From Tubulanus polymorphus (taxonomy: Eukaryota; Animalia; Nemertea): DNA of 64,000 nucleotides. Positions within the stretch are counted from its first letter, which is position 1; every line of letters starts with the position of its first letter. The DNA is taken from the NCBI RefSeq assembly GCF_964204645.1, contig NC_134025.1:23292299-23356298 (forward strand), given 5' to 3'. The translations under genes were made by a program, and so were the position numbers. Shown here piece after piece: positions 1 through 13,000 of this stretch. The notes beneath the pieces are model-generated. The model searched no databases. It was not told the DNA's origin and was given only the letters and a program-made list of their open reading frames with translations.

Positions 1-34
1 TGCAAATAAACGAACTGTATTTTCTTTTTGATAG

Positions 35-3000
35 AATGGTAATTGCGCTATGCACGAGGCTGCCTGGAATGGTTACAGCAACACTTTGGAAATCCTCACA
101 GAAGCTGGCGCTAACATTTTCCTCACAAACAAGGTATGTACCATAAACTTTGTTTGATGCTTTCCATTTACACCTTCAGTTTGTCACCAAATCGAGTTAT
201 CTTAAAATACAGATTGAGCCTTTAATTTATTTGATTGACAGATTTCATTTGATTCGGTGTCCCTTACAAACCCACCACTCACCTGCCGGGAATGAAACAG
301 GGGGTTTGATTTTAAAATCGGGAATCGAAGTACAGATATAGTTGTGCGATCGGCGATCGAATTTACAAAATTTTTACAGAGTTATTAGCCTGATAGCTTC
401 ACTTCTAGCACCACCATTATACCGATCACCTAGTTAAGTTGCTAGACTTCATCTTAGCCAACATTTTCGCTCGAATCACTTTTTTTCATCAATCGTTTAC
501 AGTCTGGTTTCACAGCGTTGCACTTGTCTTCTCAAAATGGCCACAACCAGAGCACACGCGTTCTCCTTCAAACGAATATGAATCCCGACATGAAAAACAA
601 TGTAAGTAAACGCTAGAAATTCACCGCACTAGATTCCAGAATTCTAGAACTACTTGCGGACCTCGTCGGTGCGTGTGAAATTGTTTGTCACTTTCATTTT
701 AGTGTATTGTACTACCAGTTTTAGCCTTTTGTTTTGTTAATGTCTATATTTACTCTTGTACTAGTTACGATAAATGTTCTATATCAACTGATAATGCGTT
801 CGGCCCGTTTGATTCTTTGTACGTACCAGGTTTCCCCCTGTGCGATATAGCATTTACCGTAATAATCCGCGAAAGTGTGGTAGACCCTCAAAGCATTTAA
901 AATGTACTTAATATACAGTAAAACCACTCTGCTCGAAACTGTCGGAATAAACTGCTATATCGTAGGGTTCTGCTCGTCAACAGTAGAACCTGGTTATAAT
1001 GAACTCCAGTGTGACAATTTATTAGATTAAGAAATAAACTGAAGTCCTGCCTGAAATGATAAATTTTGTCGATTTTATGCAATAATGGTGAACATATTTT
1101 CAGTCTGGTGCCTATAATTTGTCGTCACAAGATTCCATTGTATTTTGTGAGTGTTCGTTGACTGAGGTGTTGAAATGTAATTACGTATGTTTTTATATAT
1201 TATTCTAATATATAGTATGGGGATACACCTCTACATACTGCTGCTAGATATGGCCACGCCGGTGTGAGCAGAATATTGATCAGCGCTCGATGTCGCATTA
1301 ACGAACAAAATAAGGTACGTACATACAGAAGTATTGGAGGATGGTCATTCGATTGCCGTCATTTAAACTCCTACTGCTTGACTGGAAGGCTGATATTAAT
1401 CTCAGTATTTCAGAATTTTGTGTCTCTGATGATGAACTTAAGTAAACAATTTGAAACTGTCAGAATAAACTTTATGGATTTTTACTCATTAACTCCCATT
1501 TCTTGTTAATCTATAAATTGTGAGTTGATAAAGCTTAATTTTTACCAGGAACTATATAATCTTGGTAGCCTAGTATTTCTTTAGTTTCAGTTGTGGCTAT
1601 TTCATGTAGATATCTTTTTCGGTTTTAATCGCTATTTGTCTAGTAAATTATCGAATTAATGTTGTTTATTATCAGAACGGAGATACAGCTCTTCATATAG
1701 CAGCTGCTTTGAAAAGACGCAAAATAACGAAGATTATCTGCGAGGCTGGTGTCGACAAGAATATCTGTAACAAGGTAGGCATAGATTTTTTGACACGTAC
1801 GTGGGTGTGCTACGTAACTAATACTTTGAATTCGTAATGAAGGTGTTTGTTGTCAATTGAATAGATCCTTCGTTCCCGATTGACCACTTGATCATGAATT
1901 CTAATTTTTTCTATTCTAGCAAAATGAATCTGCCATTGATGTAGCTCGACGAAAGGGCCATTTAGAAGTTATCCGTATTATCCAGACTCAGTCATCGGTG
2001 AGCGTTGTAAAAACTTCCAATACGATATATTTCAGGCAATTCTGAACTATGGCAATATCTCAAAAAATTATCTGATTAATGTCTTCATGTTTTGTCTTTT
2101 TAAGATGCCGAAACCTTTACGCCAACGTAGGGGTTTAACGAAGTGTGAAAGTAGCGATTTTTCGAATTCTGAGAAGGAAGACCGGGCTCCCGGCGAAAAA
2201 CGCAGTCTCTGGTCATTCGGAAGGAAGAAGAAGAAGAAGAAAGAGAAGGTACTGTTTATTCAACCACATAGCCTGTGATAGGCATTTTAATCTTTTTCAC
2301 TGTGTAGCGCGTAAAGGCCCACGTACACGCGCCGAAAACTGCGTACACAAATGGCGCAGCGCAGTTTTCGGCTTGTATGCGGGGGCCATATCGAGCTCAT
2401 TTTGTTGTTAGCCAAATATCCATCATGTTTGATATTTTTTTGCGCAGTGCCAACTGCGCTCACGTGTGCTGGCAACTCGGCGCTATTTGCGTTTCATTCG
2501 TCGTCAATGCGCATGCGTCATTATTTAAAAACTGATGATAGCGGCTAGTATATTGATTTCAGATTAGAAAAACACTGATTTATGACATCAATATAACTTT
2601 CTTTATGATATGGGATGACTTAAATTATCAAAATCACAATTTTCCCCTTGAAAGACTTTTAATGCCGATGTAGATGTAATTAGAACAGAAAAAGCTCTTT
2701 ATATTCAAATAGATTTGACAAGGGCAATAAAAAGTCGCGAGTAAATGGTGCAGATATGCAGTAAATATGGTTGTATAATGCATACGTGCTTGCCACAGCT
2801 CCCTTTGCTGAGCGCAGTTTTCGGCTGGTGTGCGGGGCCCTATATTTTGGCAGCGCTAAATGCGTACGCAAAATTTGCTCGTGTGCGGGGGCCTTAATGT
2901 TATTCGGTAAAAGTCAGGATATGTACATTCGATTCACGGTTTGATTTGCAGGAAAAAGTCCACGTACCCACAAATCCAGCAACTCGGCCCGTAGGCATTC

Positions 3001-5731
3001 TGAAGAATTCACCGCGACAAGAGAGTTTAGTGCACGCCCCGCACTGCGAAATGAGTCCGTGTCATATCCACCAGCCGCAGTATCAACAGAATTTGCAGGC
3101 TATCGACTCATTCCATCCACTGGGACCTATGCCCGAAGCGCAACTTGGATTCTTCAATCAATATGTGCCACGACCAGGTGTGCAGTACTACAAGGACTTA
3201 GCCGGGAATATCAAACAGGTACTGGTCAATATTAAAGTTAGACGCTCACATGTAAGCTATTACTTTCATGAACTGTTACCAGAGCTGCCAACTGTTCGTG
3301 GTTTTCAGTATTTGTTACTATTATTGATTTGATTTACTAGATGCATAAAGAAATATTGAAGACGTTACCGAAGGTCTTACTGTTGATTACTGATTAATTT
3401 GAACATTTTCTTTCATATTTCGAAGAAATGTTACTCGAAAAAATTCACTTTGTTACTGATAGGACTTTTCAGTGGTTGGCAGCCCTGTGTTAGGTGTACG
3501 AAAAGAGCTTTTAAAGAATAGTATTCGAATGCTATGTTTGTTTGTTTAAGGGACCGGTCGGGTTCGCGCCGGTATGCCAATGTATGCCGTCGCTTCAACG
3601 ATTGGAAGAGAGGGTCGAAACGGAAAATCATAATCTCTACGATCACATCGACTCGAGTCAGCAGCGCATCAACAAACGCATCGACGGCGTCGACGATCTC
3701 GTCCAGAAACACGACGTTCAACTGAATCAAATTCACCACGAAGCCAGTCCGGTCGCGTGCACAGCGCGTGTCGACACGCGCGTGAAAGCCGAGCGAGTGA
3801 ACACGCGGCGATTCGTCGACGAATCACGTTTCAACGCGCGCAATCAAATGCAAGAATGGATCGACACGCGTATGGACTATCTGGAACGTCGGATTCGTCC
3901 CCACCACGGCGACTGTGACTGGAGTTGCAGACGCCAGCATTCGACAGCGAATCAACACGTAACCGACATTCAACCCGGTCGATTGTTTCGCTCGCGATCG
4001 GACGAAACGTTGTCGGCGTCAGAGGCGAACTGTAAGCAACAGACGCAGATGGAAATGGCGCGACAGGTCGCGTGGCGCGAATTGAAAAACATGCGCAAAC
4101 AACAACAGCAACGCAATACGAATAAGCCGCCACCGCCGAGGACAGTCGAAACTTGCGAGACGCGAAAAGCGCCGCCGCGTCAAAACCCGAACGGGCAGTC
4201 AATTGCATTTAAACCCGCGAGGTACGATCAGACCGATATAAACTCGAATATGATTTCGGAAAATACGTCGTTAACTCCTCAGCCTCGTAAAGTACATTCA
4301 CAGGACGATCTATCGCCTGGTAGAAAAACGATCGAAAGAAATGCTAGTATCAGTGCCGTTAGTTCTCCGAATGTAAATAATATTTCCAATTTATCCGATC
4401 CGGCAACTACTACCGGAGGAGCTGTACCGAAGAGGCCGATCGGCCATATTTACGAAAACCGGAACGTCAATCAAGCCCCTAGTGGACTATCCGTGAACCG
4501 AAGCAATTACGATATTTGCGCAATGCGTAGTCCATCTCGATCGCCGGTACGTTCGCAAAGTATGTATTATGCGGAAGCCGATAGGGCTCCGTCGCGCACG
4601 CATTTCGCAACGCACAACAGCCGTTCCAACGAAGCTAGCCCATCGGCTGATCTGAATCACATTTCGAATAGCCGATCGAACTCTTCTAGGAATATAAATC
4701 AAGAAGAGCCCGTTACCGCAAAAAAGGTCGCTCCTCCGTCCGAATATTATCACATCGCCGCGTCGCGGTCGGCCGACTATCGGAGTCGCGCGGTAAAACC
4801 TACTAATATCCCGCCATCAGGTACCGCGCCATTGACCGATCAAGCATCGGCGGTTCAACGCCCCGTGCCGATTTACGCGTTTCCGAATGGTAGCAACAAA
4901 GCCGATTCGGGCAGCAATCACGATTCCGGATATAGTTACCGTTTAAGCGGCCGTCCGGGATCGTCACGTCCCGACGACGGTAGCCCGGTTACGCAGAGCA
5001 GTACGTGTAGCACCGGTTTCAATATAACGTCGACGTCGCTGTCGACGGGCAGTAGTCGTCAGAGTCCGGCGAATTCGCCGCAGTCGGTTCCGCTAGACTC
5101 CGACGAACAGCGAACGAAAGCGTTTTACGAACGCGTGAATTCGCAAGTGTACAATTGGTACAATCGCCGTGCGTCGGAGCCGTTGATCGACGAAGGACGG
5201 AATCGTCTGCGATCCCCGGTGCGATTCGACAACGTGAATGACGACCAGCGGTCGACGTCTGCCGAACGTTTCTTCGCGAATAAAACATACGAGGACGTGA
5301 ACGGATTATCGGGCGATCAACGCAGCAGAGCTTCGAACTATCAATCACAGCGTCCGAACCCCGATCAACGACGATTGCAATCTCAGCCCGGTCATCCGCA
5401 GCTGCTACAGCAGCAGCAAAGACCAGAAATGAACGGTTCCGCCCCCTACCATCAACGAGTTCCTGATCATGCGAGTAATTCGGACGCGAATCCAAAAACG
5501 TTGGTTGACAAAATACAGACTGGTCGAGTTGTGTATAGATACGACGCGCGTACGACGTATAACAATAATTATGCGAACGCCACGAGAATTCTGCACCCCA
5601 ACGCTCACTTGAACAGGCACGAATCTACTACGAATAGAGTTGAAGACAATGTTTACAATCATAATGTTTTCGATTTGCGCTCGACGAAAGTAGAACGCGA
5701 GCTACGCTCGGTTAAGGCAACTGATGTTTAG
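35..5731 (+). CDS. ANKRD6: Ankyrin repeat domain protein 6 / diego-like (5'-partial; begins upstream of the window)
   Basis: GT-AG exons at 35-133, 503-601, 1216-1314, 1676-1774 (each 99 nt = one ankyrin repeat, e.g. GFTALHLSSQNGHNQSTRVLL, GDTPLHTAARYGH, GDTALHIAAALKRRK), then 1920-1997, 2105-2248, 2952-3218 and 3551-5731. All join in phase 0. Repeat order matches ANKRD6/diego, followed by a coiled-coil and a long disordered tail. Confidence 0.85.
2315..2894. mobile_element. PIF/Harbinger-type MITE in an ANKRD6 intron
   Basis: Imperfect TIRs AGGCCCACGTACACG / CGTGTGCGGGGGCCT flanked by TAA at 2312-2314 and 2895-2897; internal repeated subterminal blocks (GCGCAGTTTTCGGCT). Confidence 0.75.
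3280..3487. mobile_element. hAT-like MITE family A, copy 1
   Basis: Termini CAGAGCTGCCAAC ... GTTGGCAGCCCTG; interior similar to the copies at 6324-6544 and 46692-46897. Confidence 0.7.
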
Positions 5732-6323
5732 ATTTTACTCAGTTTTGCCAGTTGTTATTGAAAAGGACGATGAAACTGAACATGAATTGAAAAATTCTTT
5801 TAGGTTCAATCTATTCAAATATCGTCATATCGAAACGTAAGCAAACATATTGTGTTATGTAGTTTGTAGCCTTTTAGTGGTAGCGATGTATATATTACTG
5901 AGTTGCCATTTATCAGACCAGCCAGAGGTCTTAAAATATTTGGTCTCTCAACTTTGTTGCGCTATATTCAGATGGCATTGTACTTAAACATGATATATAA
6001 TTAGTTAAAGTCTTGTTGATTCAATCACGAAAATTAGAAGTGGTTTCGTTATGTATCTTATGCAGATCAAGATTCAAATTATATATACAAGATGTGCAGT
6101 TTGATACCATTCGTGGCAAATGAAGTATCATTTTCGAATTTTCACTTCGTACTTTTCATCTTTGGAAACAAGAATTTCTTCGTATTTTGATATCCAGATG
6201 CGCTTCCTAAGAATGCAATCCTTAGCGATATGTATTACATAGTACGAATGGCATTTGAGTATTTCTTCCTGTGTCCACCACTAACTTTCTCATGATCTGA
6301 ATTAGTCATGATTACGATGAAAC

Positions 6324-6544
6324 CAGAGCAGCCAACTGTTCCTGATTTTAAGTATTTGTTACTATTTCATAACAAGAAATACTGATTTCATTTGTTTGAT
6401 GCATACAGAAATAGGAAAGACGTTACCGTGGACTTAACTGTTGATTACTGATTCATTGAACATTTTCTTTCATATTTCTATTGAATTGTTACTGAATTTA
6501 CTCAATTTGTTACTGATATTACTTTCCAGAGGTTGGCAGACCTG
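6324..6544. mobile_element. hAT-like MITE family A, copy 2
   Basis: Termini CAGAGCAGCCAAC ... GTTGGCAGACCTG; shares internal blocks (GACGTTACCG, CTGTTGATTACTGATT) with copy 1. Confidence 0.7.
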
Positions 6545-8050
6545 TGAAATATCCATGAAAAAGCGTCAAATTGTAACTCAATTCCTCTCCTAGTAGGATA
6601 TTGTCTAGTCGGTATGGCAGTTACCATTTTCCACTGAAAAGGAACAATTTTTTCATCTATGGTACTTGCAATGATATATTTACTAAATATCTTGTTATCA
6701 TAGATTTTCATAGTTGCCATTAAGATATTTTTAGTTTTGTCTCATCAATACTTGCTGATTATGATGCCGTAATGTGTAAAAACAAATGTTACACATTCAA
6801 CTTGTTTATTTGTTTATATGATAACGTTAAAAAGCATTACAGCAATATCTTTTTTGTAAAAAAGAAAGTCAGCGTAAAATATCTGTATTCATTGTATGTT
6901 GGACTGTTATATTTGCTAGTATTATTTCTATGCATATATTTGGATTTTTCATTTGTTGTTACAAATGAATATCTCATGATTGTAGATTCTATTTGAATAT
7001 TATTCTAAACCCGTCCCCCTCCCCAGTAGGTCTACTACGCAGTCAGTGAACCCTAATAAAGAGTTGTCTGTGTTTAGATAATTTTTTAAAATAATATACC
7101 AAACTGTCACAACAAAAACAGAACTAAAATTGTCAAATTCAGTTTAGGTTTATTGCAGTCATACAGAGGTTAACTGTGTCAAGCCTCCATGAAGATATTT
7201 AGGCATAGGCTTAGATAATCTAGTAGGTGAATATCTGTGCAGTTACCCTCTGTATCACTGGTTGTAAAATTAGATATCTCTTGTTTGTACCCAAACATTT
7301 TCCAATGGAATTTTTTTTTTCAACAAAGTCTCGAATATCATGGTACTATTGTATGTTGTTTTGTACCCGTCCAGTTCACATTCCATTCAGATCTGAAATC
7401 GTCCAGTAAAATGAAGTATAAGATATAATTTATGCAATTGTAAGATATTTTCATTCTTTTAATGCAACATCGTGTAATTTTTGCAAGAACGTCCATTTAT
7501 TAATTTATACATTTTGAAATAAATAGTTGCTTATACAGAATATATACCAGTAGAGATGTGTTACTGTTAATTGATTGCCAAGGACAATTCAAAAATTGAA
7601 AAGTTTTTGAAATTTATACACTATCGGACGAAGAAAGTACATACAGAATTACTCAGTAAACTCTACCTTTCGCAGTAGCGTTGAGACTAAATAGTTTACC
7701 GCATGCTGAGATGATAATTGGTGAAAATCAAGGTTTTCTAAGAGATTTTTGAAAATTCACCGGTTTGAACAGTTGATCGAGTTGGCTGTTACCGATTATA
7801 CTGTAATACCAATGGAACGAGTTCGCAGGTACAGACATATATCAACGATACATTTCTGGCGATTAGAATTATGTCCCTAAATGTCTTCATGATGGTTTCC
7901 ATAGACAAGTGGCTGTCCAATATCAATAGTAAATAAAACCCACAATAAAAAGAAAAAGCTATCTTGTAGCTTAACGTTTCAACACAATTCACAGTTTTTG
8001 AAAATGGCTCATAGAATTGAGTTGAAACGTTAAGCTACAAGATAGTTTTT

Positions 8051-9305
8051 AGCCCACTTGGGACTTTAGTCCCAGCGGGCTATTGCGTTCACTTTTCGTC
8101 CGTCCGTCCTTCCGTAGACGGAATCCAGTTATTTTTGGAAGTTTTTAAGACGCTCAAGGTAATGTCTTGATATTTGGGTTACACATGTATCTACCCTAGA
8201 CACATCTTCAGCCCAAAAACTGGCCCTGTCAGATTCAAGATGGCCGACTGGCAGCCATTGTTGTTCGCCAAAATCAGCACTTTTTACACATTTTTGAACT
8301 TTTTGAGGGAAATTTTGAAGACGCTTTGATCAATGACCTTGATCTTCTGGATGTATGTGAATCCCCCCAGGGCCCATCAGCATAACAGAAATTGGGTCGA
8401 TCGGACTCAAGATGACCGTCCTATGACCTTTTTAGTGCCCAAAAATGTTAATTTTGGCCCAAATTCCGAGTCCTGTAGCTTCCTACTGGTATATCATTTC
8501 TCATTGCAATTTGTGATGGGTATTCTTTGGAAAGGGATGTTTTATACCTGAGACAGGTATTTTTCATCAGCCAATTATGACGCAATTGGCGGCTATCTTG
8601 GTGTCAGCAGTACTCATTCGTAAGTGGGAAAAAGTTTTTCCACATTATATTGATACCTAAGCGTATTTTGTTACCACAATCATTTAGAAAGTTGTAGCTC
8701 ATAACGTGTTCTATGATTGTGGTGAGTTTCAAGGTCATTGGTTTTTGTATATGGCCACCAGGGGGCGTTGAATAATGCAATATCTTAGTATTTCTATATT
8801 ATATTCGTATCAATGCATATTTTGTAACCACAATCAATTGCAAAGTTGTAGCTCATGACATCATCTATGATTGTGGCAAGTTTTAAGGCCATTAGTTATT
8901 CTATATGGTCACCAGGGGGCGTTGAATAGTAGAATAACTTAGTATTTCCTTATTATATTGGTACCCAGGCATATTTTGTTACCATGATCAATTACAAAGT
9001 TATAGTTCGTGACATGTTCTATGATTGTGGTGAGTTTCAAGGTCATTGGGTTTTGAATATGGTCACCAGGGGGCGTTGAATAGTAGAATAACTTAGTATT
9101 TCCATATTAAAGTGGTAACGAGGCATATTTTGTTATCACAATCAATTACAAAATCGTAGCTGCTGACATGTTCTATGATTGTGATGAGTTTCAAGGTCAT
9201 TGGATTCTGTATATGGTCACCAGGGGGCGTTGAATATTGAAATTGTTAGATTGTTGAGCATTTGGAACCACTTCCCAAGTGGGCATGGTGTCCCTGGACC
9301 CCTAG
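8051..9305 (+). mobile_element. Helentron-associated non-autonomous element (HINE/DINE-1-like) with internal tandem array
   Basis: T-rich flanks; 5' subTIR GCCCACTTGGGA (8052-8063) with a nearby partial inverted copy; (GTCC)n tract at ~8098-8114; central tandem repeats; 3' subTIR TCCCAAGTGGGC (9273-9284); short GC hairpin, then CTAG-T. Confidence 0.8.
8635..9240 (+). repeat. Tandem array, 154-bp unit x ~4
   Basis: Motif TGG(C/T)CACCAGGGGGCGTTGAATA begins at 8752, 8906, 9060 and 9214, an exact 154-bp spacing; the rest of the unit is also conserved. Confidence 0.9.
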
Positions 9306-10040
9306 TTTCTTTTTATTGTGGGTTTTATCTACTGTCTTCATGATGTTTGTCCAAAACAGAATCGTCGTCACTTGCCACATAACACATTAACGGACATATC
9401 CGGCATGATTCCGGAGAAAAATCTTCCGGAAGTTACTGACTTTCTGTTCTGTGTAATTTCTGGACACGAATTAGACCTCAATTTCGGGCAAGATGGGACC
9501 ATTAGCAAAGGCCGTTGAGTGTCTAGTACATTCGTCTTAAAACTGGCCCAAAAAACGAATTTTATGGAGAAAAATTCGTAGGTCCTGCTCATGAAAAATA
9601 TACCAGTAAAATAATTTCTCAATGCGGCTGGTTTCAATGATCTTCCAACAATCTGATTTTTCGTACGTTATAAGAAGCTGAGACAAAGTGAAAACTTCTC
9701 ACCAGAATTTCTCACTATTCATTGATACATGTATATATTATATCGTATCTAATCTCCATTTCATTATTACATGAAAAGTTTCACAGTTATATACGTGTGA
9801 TTAATTTGCTTCGTACTTCGTCTGTATATTTTCCATTTCGGTTAACACAAAAAGAAAGGTTTGTAAAATAATAAATCGAATTTGATTTGAGGCCTTCTTT
9901 CCAATTTTGTAAAGCTACAGTTTTAGATCTTTCGCTATTGGTTGTTCGACTAATGAAATTGTTCAAAACAAAACAGCAGAGGACGTCAGGAATTAGTAGT
10001 CGCTATTGCTTTGGAAAAGTTTCAAATGCAATGAAAACAA

Positions 10041-11090
10041 ATGATAGAAATGGCAATGGTAACAGCGAATACCTCGTATCAGTGTGCGCTCCAGCCCTTC
10101 ACACCACTCATTGTAACATCCGTTTCAGTTTTACCGATTGGAATTCTGGGTGTTATTCTAGATTTTATCACGATACTTATTTATCGTCGTATTGCCAGAG
10201 CGCAGTCGAATAAAGGTTTCAATTCTTCTAATTGGCTCATGCAGGTGTGGGCTGGATTTGACGCCATGGCACTTTCCACGAGTTATCTAAGTGCTTCACT
10301 CCGGTTCACGGTTGCATTAGTTGCGTATGGTAAACTTGCATTCCACATTCACAAAGGCAATATCTTTCCATATTTCTACAGATATGGATCATCTGGAATA
10401 GGGATAGTTTTCAAGACTACGGAGCCGTGGGTGATCGCGTTGCTTACTGTCGATAGATTTTTACACATTTATGATCCGTTCAGAGCACCTCAGTGGATCA
10501 CCAAATTTCGCTTGTCATTAATTCTCAGTTTCATGTTCTTTTGCTCTGCATTTTTCTTGGTTTTACTCTTCATACCGTTTCCTGCATTCAAGCCTATGGA
10601 CAGCTTTGAGCTGGTCCCTTTCACTTGTCCTTACCGAGTACCTGGTTATATTTTCGTTTGGAGAAGAAATGCCCTAGAGAAATTTCTATCAAGGTTTCGT
10701 ATCGGTATATATGGTGTATTGATTCCCGTATCGCTTATGTCAGTGGTCAATACTGGTATTCTGATACTTATTCTTAAAAGAGGCTGTTTAATAAGACGAA
10801 ATTTGAGTATCCCTAAATCTAAAAACACTCGAGCTACTACCGTCGTACTTTCGATTGTGTTCAGTTATCTGTTACTGAAGGGACCTGGTGCTATATCACA
10901 TGTATATCACGGTGTTATAACAAATGGTAAAGCGCTAAAAGCGCTCAAATCACGACCATGGTTGTATGCATGGTCACAAAGGATCAATTCCTTTAATAGC
11001 GTCATCAATTTCATAGTTTTTTCCTTCATTAACCCTAATTTTAAAAAAGAGCTCCTACGTATGATGTGCCGTTACAGGAGAATTAAGTAA
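10041..11090 (+). CDS. Intronless class A GPCR, peptide (FMRFamide)-receptor-like / chemoreceptor-like, 349 aa
   Basis: Seven hydrophobic segments, TVDRF at the DRY position, and a TM7/helix 8 motif NSVINFIVFSFINPNFKKEL. Confidence 0.8.
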   Translation: MIEMAMVTANTSYQCALQPFTPLIVTSVSVLPIGILGVILDFITILIYRRIARAQSNKGFNSSNWLMQVWAGFDAMALSTSYLSASLRFTVALVAYGKLAFHIHKGNIFPYFYRYGSSGIGIVFKTTEPWVIALLTVDRFLHIYDPFRAPQWITKFRLSLILSFMFFCSAFFLVLLFIPFPAFKPMDSFELVPFTCPYRVPGYIFVWRRNALEKFLSRFRIGIYGVLIPVSLMSVVNTGILILILKRGCLIRRNLSIPKSKNTRATTVVLSIVFSYLLLKGPGAISHVYHGVITNGKALKALKSRPWLYAWSQRINSFNSVINFIVFSFINPNFKKELLRMMCRYRRIK

Positions 11091-11596
11091 AGTATTATGT
11101 AAAGTATCTAGTAATTGTATGTTTCTTATCTGGAAAATAAAGTTTTGTGGCTTTTTCACATTTACTTGTAGTTGTATAGTTTCTATAGATGTCATATCTT
11201 ATAGCCCTTATATTTTACATACAATTCATAATTACTTGAGAATCATTCCATATCAAACATTTACACAACACCAATTTTGTTATGGATATTTCACTGTTTC
11301 GATCATAACACTCTCATTTTATACTAAGCCTAGTACCAAAAATGCGTACTTTTGCTATTACTGAATAACCATCATTTAGAATATGTGAGAAATTTGTCTA
11401 TGTATATTTTTTTTTAAATAGTGACAATTAAATACCAAGCTAACATCTGAAGTCGAAAGTTGACCGACTGGCTGCAAATTAAGTAATTTCAATTAAATCA
11501 CGTTATCATATCTAACATTCGTTATCAAACATCCGTCATTTATGGACGTGGGGTATTTGCACATGAAAATCATTTCAGACAATAGTTTACTACACA

Positions 11597-12460
11597 ATGA
11601 AACGCGTCATCGCCATATTGGCTATTCTCTGCTTTATCAGTGAGTTTACTTTAATACTGCTACTTTTTCTACTAATTCATAATACGAAATGCTTTGATTA
11701 TGTTTTTGAGAATTTCTGATGAGTATTTATCTATGAACATTGCAAAATCTATTTTTTTTTAAATTTCTGTTCAAGCTCCATCATTCGCTCTGAAATGTAG
11801 AAACAAAATCACGGATTCAGTAGGTCACAAGATTGTTGATGCCGGCTATTGTTACGGAATGTGGTGTATAGTAAGTAATATGTAGTTGTTGAAAACTAGA
11901 TGATAAATGGCCGAAATATATATTTGTATTCTATTACCATATCTACGTACATATGAGAAAAAGCAAACGGTCGGTAATGCTTTTGCTGTTTTCACTGTTG
12001 AAGAATCGCGAGTACATTCCATATTGCATGTTCGGGACAATGTGAAATAAAAACGCGACTAAAAAAACGTTTTGAACGCTTTTTCATTTATGACTTTGAA
12101 AAAAAGCGCAAATTATTTTTCTCTGTTAGTGAATCAGAATAAATGTCTATGTACCCAGAACGCTCACTGAAAAAAAAACTAATATAAAGTAAACATTTTC
12201 TGGAAAACTTCGGAAAAATCGGAAACAACCGACGCACGAATAAAAATCAATCGTTCATTTTATTGTAGGTAGACACCGCGAAAAAGGAAGTGCGATACGG
12301 TTGTGACTCCGAATGTAGAAGTGTCGATGAACCGAATATCAAGTGTTGTGACGAATTTGACGTCTGCAATGACTTTAGCGGAGCAAATTATTCTCGGATT
12401 TCATCTTTCGCCCTCAGTGTATCGATATTTCTGACGTTCATCTTTGTGTTCAGACCGTGA
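11597..12460 (+). CDS. Ly6/uPAR (three-finger)-like protein, probably GPI-anchored, 109 aa
   Basis: Exons 11597-11639, 11776-11870, 12269-12460 with GT-AG sites in frame. Signal peptide MKRVIAILAILCFI, LKC start, 8 Cys in the mature domain ending CCDEFDVCN, hydrophobic C-terminal tail. Confidence 0.8.
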
Positions 12461-13000
12461 TCGTTAGATAAATAGAATTGAATATCAAGTGGATCATATC
12501 GTTTCACTGGCCTTTGCAACTGGCGATCGGTTTTGGTGATATGGATTGATTTACCAATGATCACATCTTTTGTATCTGATCGTCAGTTAAAGTTCTTTTT
12601 GACAATATACCAGAAATCATTGACTGTTATACGAGCTATTCTAACTTGAACCTCAAAAATCTATCTTTTGAATGGACTTTTATACCGCCAATACGGATAT
12701 AGCTCAAAATATAGTATGATCTAGTAAAATTATCAATTGGGTCGTGAGGTTAAGTGTCCTAAAGGTAACAAAACCCTTCACACACGCACGAAGATTTATA
12801 TACATATCACATTATTTCCTTAAAAAAAGTTTGAACAAAATAAACATGGAACCAGTGATTCGATACATTAATTTCACCATTTTAATCACGAATAACAAAG
12901 ATACGACCATGCAATAATAATACATTTTGTCCATACAAAAATGTTCTGTAGAAAATATTATTTACAGAGATATGCATAAAAAGCGTAATGGTTGACGTGT

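Noticed and set aside
3831-5662. Antisense ORFs within the ANKRD6 last exon
   Set aside because: Shadow ORFs of GC-rich coding sequence with no recognisable domains.
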